Sequence record: MT360681
Length of the DNA stretch: 53,145 bases
Reading direction: 5' to 3' (one strand)
Source of the DNA: Shigella phage 2019SD1
In this document: positions 48,526 to 53,145 of the stretch, piece after piece
Layout of the letters: each line of letters begins with the position of its first letter
Numbering within the stretch: position 1 is the stretch's first letter
Position numbers and translations under genes: made by a program
The notes under the pieces: model-generated
What the model was told of the DNA's origin: nothing
Databases searched by the model: none
What the model saw: only the letters and a program-made list of their open reading frames with translations

Positions 48526-48543
48526 TAGCACTTTTGTTAAAAC
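48523..48543 (+). promoter_or_regulatory. Conserved promoter-like motif copy
   Basis: TAATAGCACTTTTGTTAAAAC followed by stem-loop GAGG..CCTC. Confidence 0.5.
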
Positions 48544-48599
48544 TTCCGCGAGGGCATTTGTTAAAGTGTCCTCATTGAAGCGAAACAGAGGAAATCAAA

Positions 48600-48812
48600 A
48601 TGAAAATTCGAATCACCGGGGTTGACATTGACCGCAACGACGGAAGCATTACCCTTGAGCAATGCGGGTTCAAAGTTGGTGACATTGTAGATGTTGACGG
48701 ATTCTTTCGCGATGGTTCTTACTGCGTGTTGGCAATCCGCAACACGGAAGAAATTCGAATCGGTGATAACATCGGCGTAAACCATGACGAATGCGAGGTA
48801 GTAGAAGAATGA
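48600..48812 (+). CDS. Hypothetical protein
   Basis: AGAGGAAATCAAA plus ATG downstream of promoter motif. Confidence 0.45.
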   Translation: MKIRITGVDIDRNDGSITLEQCGFKVGDIVDVDGFFRDGSYCVLAIRNTEEIRIGDNIGVNHDECEVVEE

Positions 48813-49110
48813 TCACGATTAACCTTTCAGAAGAGCAAGCAAAGAAACTCCTGCACGCTGTAGGTTCTCGTGCACTTTGCGGATCAACTGATGAAATGAT
48901 TATTGATCATGAGGTTGCAAGAGAGCTTTTACTCAGCTTGATCAAAAATTCTCACCACGTCCGACTGACGCGGCAGAAACTGCAAAATGGCTTGCTGAGA
49001 ATGGATACACGGCTTTAAAAGTTCATAACTGGAAGCGAAAGCGCAAAAGACTGCTGATCGTGTATCTGGTGTTGTTTCTCGCTGCATTATGGTTGATGTG
49101 GAGAAATTAA
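48809..49110 (+). CDS. Hypothetical protein with C-terminal transmembrane segment (frame disruption)
   Basis: Alternative frame ends ..KRKRLLIVYLVLFLAALWLMWRN. Confidence 0.3.
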
Positions 49111-49111
49111 A

Positions 49112-49360
49112 ATGATTTACATTCACACTTACGGGATCGGGAAGTTTGCCAACAAGCAGATCCGAAATATTTACGACGCGCTCGACGATGCGAAAGAACA
49201 GCAACGCGTTTTAGGTGGTGTCATTCAGGCTTTTGAGTCGGTGGAAAATATTGATGACGATCTTGCCGAGCGAGAGTACATAAAGGAGCTTGTCGTTGAT
49301 GAAGTGTCTTGCATTATCGACGAGTTGAGCACTGACGCGCCGATTCGCAAGAAACCTTGA
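49112..49360 (+). CDS. Hypothetical acidic protein
   Basis: 82-aa ORF. Confidence 0.4.
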   Translation: MIYIHTYGIGKFANKQIRNIYDALDDAKEQQRVLGGVIQAFESVENIDDDLAEREYIKELVVDEVSCIIDELSTDAPIRKKP

Positions 49361-49634
49361 GCACGGTTCGTCGGAATGGGATTGCTGGAAGGTTAAGACG
49401 CTAAACAATCTCCGCAATATCCTTTATGGAAAATTTAACGAAAGCGAATAGCTCTTAGGGAGCCTCAATAGCACTTTGACGAGGCATTTTTAGGTAAGGT
49501 GATTCAATGGATAACTACATAAAGCCGTCGCAGTGGTGCGCACAGAAGTAAGAGGAAGCATTAGAGCGCGGCGATACTGAAACAGCAATGCACTATTTCG
49601 AAATGTACAACTTGTGGAAGGGTAGAGGTCTGTA

Positions 49635-49868
49635 ATGTTTGGAATGAACGAGGCACAATTCAACGCTGCAAAACGCCGGGCTAAGAAGTGCGGCGAGGCA
49701 ATGAAGGCGGATGTGGAAAAGCGCGGGAAGTATGTTGATGAAGTTATGAAGGGCATTATTGCCGAACATTATCAGCCAGTTGCGCCAATGCTGACAATCA
49801 CCCAATTCATCTGGTTGTGTGGTTATCTTCGTGGGAGATGGGGAACGCATTTGACCGCGAATGATTGA
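49635..49868 (+). CDS. Hypothetical protein
   Basis: 77-aa ORF. Confidence 0.4.
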   Translation: MFGMNEAQFNAAKRRAKKCGEAMKADVEKRGKYVDEVMKGIIAEHYQPVAPMLTITQFIWLCGYLRGRWGTHLTAND

Positions 49869-50008
49869 CAAATATTTCCTGATTGGTTAACATCTTCGGC
49901 GTTTACATAAGAGCGGCGTTAGTGCCGAACGGGTGGCGCGGTTGCCACGCAACAACGGCGATATGCAGGTTTTACCGTAAGACGTATCGCCTTTTTATAG
50001 GTGAATAT

Positions 50009-50242
50009 ATGGAAAAGTACAAATTAACTTTCATGTTTAACAGTATGGTGATGAATCCATTAAATGGTTACGCTTGCAATAGCTTTTCTGTTACCGTTAA
50101 TGAGGATGAAATTGATGATGATGGTAAATTTATTCGAATAGGTGATTACATTTATCCTATTCACAATATCAATTGCATCAAGCGCGAGATTGTTAAAGAT
50201 GAAGTACAAAGTAAAGCTGACAATCAGGCGAATGGGGCGTAA
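50009..50242 (+). CDS. Hypothetical protein
   Basis: AGGTGAATAT plus ATG. Confidence 0.35.
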   Translation: MEKYKLTFMFNSMVMNPLNGYACNSFSVTVNEDEIDDDGKFIRIGDYIYPIHNINCIKREIVKDEVQSKADNQANGA

Positions 50243-50381
50243 TTGCTCGTCATGCAGACAAAGTTTTGAATGTGAGGTTGAAGCGCGCGGAGAGCTTGAG
50301 GCGGCAGCAAGAGCAAAAGAGTTGTCCGGCGCTAATCAAGACACTCACCAGTTTTCAATAGATCTTGTAAGGAAAATATCA

Positions 50382-50492
50382 TGAGTTCTGTAATTATTGG
50401 TTTGGTTGCTTTAATCGTTGGTGTTCTAATCGGCTTTGTTGCTGTATCTTTCGTGGTGGCTGTTGGCGTTCGCTATAAGTCAAAAAGGTGAA
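50382..50492 (+). CDS. Small membrane protein (36 aa)
   Basis: AAGGAAAATATC plus ATG; translation MSSVIIGLVALIVGVLIGFVAVSFVVAVGVRYKSKR. Confidence 0.3.
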
Positions 50493-50623
50493 TTTGCTTT
50501 AGCGTTTTGGGATGAAGAGCAGAAAGTTTGGCAGGTTCGCGGTCACTATTTATCAATCGGTGGCAGGATTCACAGCACTATGAAAACAAATCCAGAGAAA
50601 GTAAAATACAAGTATTGACCAAC

Positions 50624-50649
50624 TACCCGCCAAATGGCGGGTTTTTATT
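50624..50649 (+). terminator. Rho-independent terminator closing the early gene block
   Basis: CCCGCC-AAATG-GCGGG followed by TTTTTATT. Confidence 0.6.
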
Positions 50650-50809
50650 GCCTGCAATTTGTCTATAATGATGCTTTGTTATAAAGGAGGGCGCATTATG
50701 GCTAAAACGTTAAGCCAGTAGTAAAGGCTTGCAATTTTAAAAACTATATAATAAGCAATATGGCGATATAGCAAAAGGGAAGTATTTAAATTAATGGCAG
50801 TTCAGGAGT

Positions 50810-51250
50810 ATGACAAAGGCGCACAAGTACACGCCGGAACAGGTATTTGATCTGGCTGTGCGTTACTTTACGTGGGCCGAGGAAAACCATATAGAGGCTG
50901 CGGAAACTGCATCCTTTCAGGGTGACGTATACGAAAGCAAGATTCACAAGCCGCGCGTGTTCACCTTAAATGGATTCCGCTTATTCGCTGGCCTTTCTGC
51001 TTCCGTACTTGAAAAATGGCGACGTGAGCGAGGATTCAGCGAGGTTATGGACTTTATTGACGGCGTTGTTTATGAGCAAAAATTCCAGCTTGCCGCAAAC
51101 AATATTGTTAACGCCGGATTCATTGGTAAGGAGATCGGCATTGAAAAGCCAGCTACCGTTACCATTGAGAATAACACAAGCGCCAGCGTTGACGCTGTAA
51201 CGGCGGATGAAGTCAAAGAGGCGGTAATTGACATTCTGGAGAAGATATAA
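50810..51250 (+). CDS. Terminase small subunit (probable)
   Basis: 146-aa ORF immediately upstream of large terminase; N-terminal ..YTPEQVFDLAVRYFTWAEEN.. typical of small terminase DNA-binding regions. Confidence 0.5.
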   Translation: MTKAHKYTPEQVFDLAVRYFTWAEENHIEAAETASFQGDVYESKIHKPRVFTLNGFRLFAGLSASVLEKWRRERGFSEVMDFIDGVVYEQKFQLAANNIVNAGFIGKEIGIEKPATVTIENNTSASVDAVTADEVKEAVIDILEKI

Positions 51251-51257
51251 TGCTGAT

Positions 51258-51520
51258 ATGATCAAGATCAATCCCGTTCAGCGAGATAAAGATAAGGTTA
51301 CGCGAGCAATGGACGCAGCGCCAGTAATGCGCGCCGGACGCGTGGCACTTCCAGAATATCATCCTATGCTGGCTGAGATACTCGCTGAAGTTGCGGCGTT
51401 CACATTCGATGATTCGCATCCTCATGATGATATTGTTGATAACATCATTGATGCTGTTAACATTGAAATGAACATGGCAGATGATCCGGTAGGAAGAATG
51501 AAAAATTGGCAGGTTTGCGG
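51258..51520 (+). repeat. Displaced copy of the large-terminase C-terminal coding segment (more complete than the copy at 52796-52980), fused to a promoter-motif copy
   Basis: 51258-51520 matches 52796-52980 except that the downstream copy lacks ~75 bp; occupies the position where the terminase N-terminus would be expected. Confidence 0.75.
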
Positions 51521-51523
51521 AAC

Positions 51524-51545
51524 AAATAGCACGAATCGACAAACC
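51524..51545 (+). promoter_or_regulatory. Conserved promoter-like motif copy (variant) upstream of large terminase reading frame
   Basis: AAATAGCACGAATCGACAAACC. Confidence 0.3.
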
Positions 51546-51589
51546 AATATAGGAAGACTTAACAGCGGCGCAAAACGCGCCGTTAAGGA

Positions 51590-52982
51590 AATGAGCGAAT
51601 ATTCATTCGAAAAGATGATCCGCATTTGGTTTCAACTTCTCGGGGCAAAGGTTCTTAGGAAACTGGCATTTCAGTTACCTATGCAGCGAAGTGCAGGAGC
51701 TATGGCCGGAAAGCTGGCAAAGGCGAGCGCAAAGGACTTGATTGTAACCGATGTCGGCAAGGTTAAATTGCAAGTTAACTCGCGTTCTATCGGTGGTCAG
51801 GTTACTGGTCTGCGTGGCGGCTACATGGATGATGGATTTACTGGTATGCTGGTTCTTGATGATCCAGACAAGCCGGATGACATGCTTTCTAAGGTGAAGC
51901 GCGAAGCCGGACACATGCGCCTAAAGAACACGGTGCGATCACGTCGAATGAAGGACACAACGCCAATCGTAATGGTCCAGCAACGGCTACACGTCAATGA
52001 TTCAACATGGTTCATGACAAACGGCGGCATGGGCGGCATCCAGTTTAAGGTGGTCAGTATTCCGGCGCTCGTTACTAAGGAATATCGCGAAACGCTTCCT
52101 GATTGGTTAAAGCCTGAGTTTGATCGCGATGTTTTATCCAGTAAGCCAGTAATGATTGATGGTGTTGCTCATTATTCATTCTGGCCTGCTAAGAAAGCGC
52201 GGAGGAATTACTTGCACTTCGAAATGCTGATCCGTACACGTTCGCCAGTCAGTATCAGCAACAGCCTGTTGCGCTTGGCGGTAACGTGTTTAAAACGGAG
52301 TGGTTTCAGTATTACGGCAGCAGCGAGAAATGCACGCTACCAAAACCGGATCGCTTTGAGTATACATTTATCACGGTTGATACCGCGCAGAAAACGGGTG
52401 AGCTTAACGACTACTCCGTATAAAGATCGCGTTTACTTCATTGATGGTGTTCGCGGAAAATGGGAAGCACCAGACCTTGAAACTAATTTTGTTGCGTTCG
52501 TTAATCAGTGCTGGAAGCGTAATAAAGAATGCGGAACGTTGCGAAGGATTCATGTTGAAGATAAGTCATCTGGCACTGGCTTGATTCAGAGCGCAGCGAA
52601 AAAATTATATAAAGATCGCGTTTACTTCATTGATGGTGTTCGCGGAAAATGGGAAGCACCAGACGAAACTAATTTTGTTGCGTTCGTTAATCAGTGCTGG
52701 AAGCGTAATAAAGAATGCGGAACGTTGCGAAGGATTCATGTTGAAGATAAGTCATCTGGCACTGGCTTGATTCAGAGCGCAGCGAAAAATTATGATCAAG
52801 ATCAATCCCGTTCAGCGAGACTGGCTGAGATACTCGCTGAAGTTGCGGCGTTCACATTCGATGATTCGCATCCTCATGATGATATTGTTGATAACATCAT
52901 TGATGCTGTTAACATTGAAATGAACATGGCAGATGATCCGGTAGGAAGAATGAAAAAATTGGCAGGTTTGCGGAACAAATAA
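51590..52982 (+). CDS. Terminase large subunit (N-terminal region uncertain; internal frame change near 52195; 180-bp tandem duplication 52425-52610 approx)
   Basis: ..ADPYTFASQYQQQPVALGGNVFKTEWFQYYG.. and C-terminal ..FTFDDSHPHDDIVDNIIDAVN.. typical of terminase nuclease domain; Walker A-like ..SRGKGS.. only visible in a shifted frame near 51600. Confidence 0.55.
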
Positions 52983-52985
52983 TCA

Positions 52986-53012
52986 AAGGCTGGTAAATCC
53001 AGCCTTTTTATT
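52986..53012 (+). terminator. Rho-independent terminator after large terminase
   Basis: AGGCTGG-TAAAT-CCAGCCT followed by TTTTATT. Confidence 0.6.
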
Positions 53013-53034
53013 GAGGAAAGATATACCAGAGGAA

Positions 53035-53145
53035 ATGGTTTCCCGGCTTTACTGTTGACGGCGTGGCAGATGAGGCGGCATTCCGTTCCTTGTGGGATGA
53101 GAAGCGACTCAATGCAAAATTATTGATGCGCTTTGTTGGTCGCGT
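53035..53145 (+). CDS. Portal protein N-terminal segment (continues at position 179 after wrap)
   Basis: ATG at 53035 after AGGAAAG-like RBS and terminase terminator; downstream sequence identical to 179-255 apart from one A-run length difference; the frame needs a 1-bp correction. Confidence 0.35.

Noticed and set aside
32969-48543. Recurring peptide NSTFVKT in several ORF translations as a possible protein motif
   Set aside because: It is simply the in-frame translation of the conserved DNA motif AATAGCACTTTTGTTAAAAC, which has no stop codon in that frame; ORF finders read through promoter copies.
1-53145. Novel defence, anti-defence or other undescribed multi-gene system
   Set aside because: No operon with recognisable defence signatures (nucleases paired with ATPases, reverse transcriptase, toxin-antitoxin, cyclase, etc.) was found. 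The most conspicuous unusual structures are exact duplications and fold-backs that are better explained as artefacts. The small early genes are candidates only in the generic sense.
1-53145. CRISPR array
   Set aside because: The repeats present are long (60-600 bp), coding, and tandem or inverted without unique spacers of regular size; no short direct-repeat/spacer periodicity seen.
1-53145. Lysogeny module (integrase, CI/Cro-type repressor pair, attP)
   Set aside because: No tyrosine or serine integrase-like ORF and no divergent repressor pair recognised; genome organisation fits a virulent phage. Small HTH proteins at 28646 and 33556 are not sufficient evidence.

Overview
The window reads as an essentially complete, circularly closed genome of a virulent tailed dsDNA phage (siphovirus type, about 53 kb), not an accessory island and not a recognisable novel defence system. 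The last ~77 bp of the window repeat positions 179-255 with one homopolymer-length difference, so the contig wraps. Gene order is: small and large terminase (50.8-53.0 kb), portal (wraps into 179-1375), MuF-like head morphogenesis protein, scaffold/protease-like protein, major capsid, head-tail joining proteins, major tail protein, G/GT-like chaperone pair, tape measure, then a lambda-like M-L-K-I-J tail-tip module (12.2-18.8 kb). After that come a minus-strand lipoprotein gene (Cor/Llp-like), a recombination module (PD-(D/E)xK nuclease, Erf-like annealing protein, SSB with DDDIPF tail), a long tail fibre, an SF2 helicase, a Dam-type N6-adenine methyltransferase, holin plus GH24 endolysin, an AP2-HNH homing endonuclease, a P-loop replication protein, and two blocks of small early genes (minus strand 38.8-42.1 kb, plus strand 42.7-50.6 kb). 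No integrase, repressor, CRISPR array, rRNA or tRNA was recognised. Two things stand out beyond ordinary annotation. First, the sequence is saturated with exact duplications (tandem in-frame, displaced, and fold-back inverted) and with local frame disruptions in conserved genes; this pattern is far more consistent with an assembly, amplification or synthetic artefact than with biology, so gene boundaries are approximate. Second, about 18 copies of a ~21-bp motif AAATAGCAC-N3-TTGTTAAAAC sit upstream of early genes, usually followed by a short stem-loop holding a TATAAT-like hexamer; this looks like a phage-specific promoter family. All functional calls are from reading the translations by eye, without database searches.
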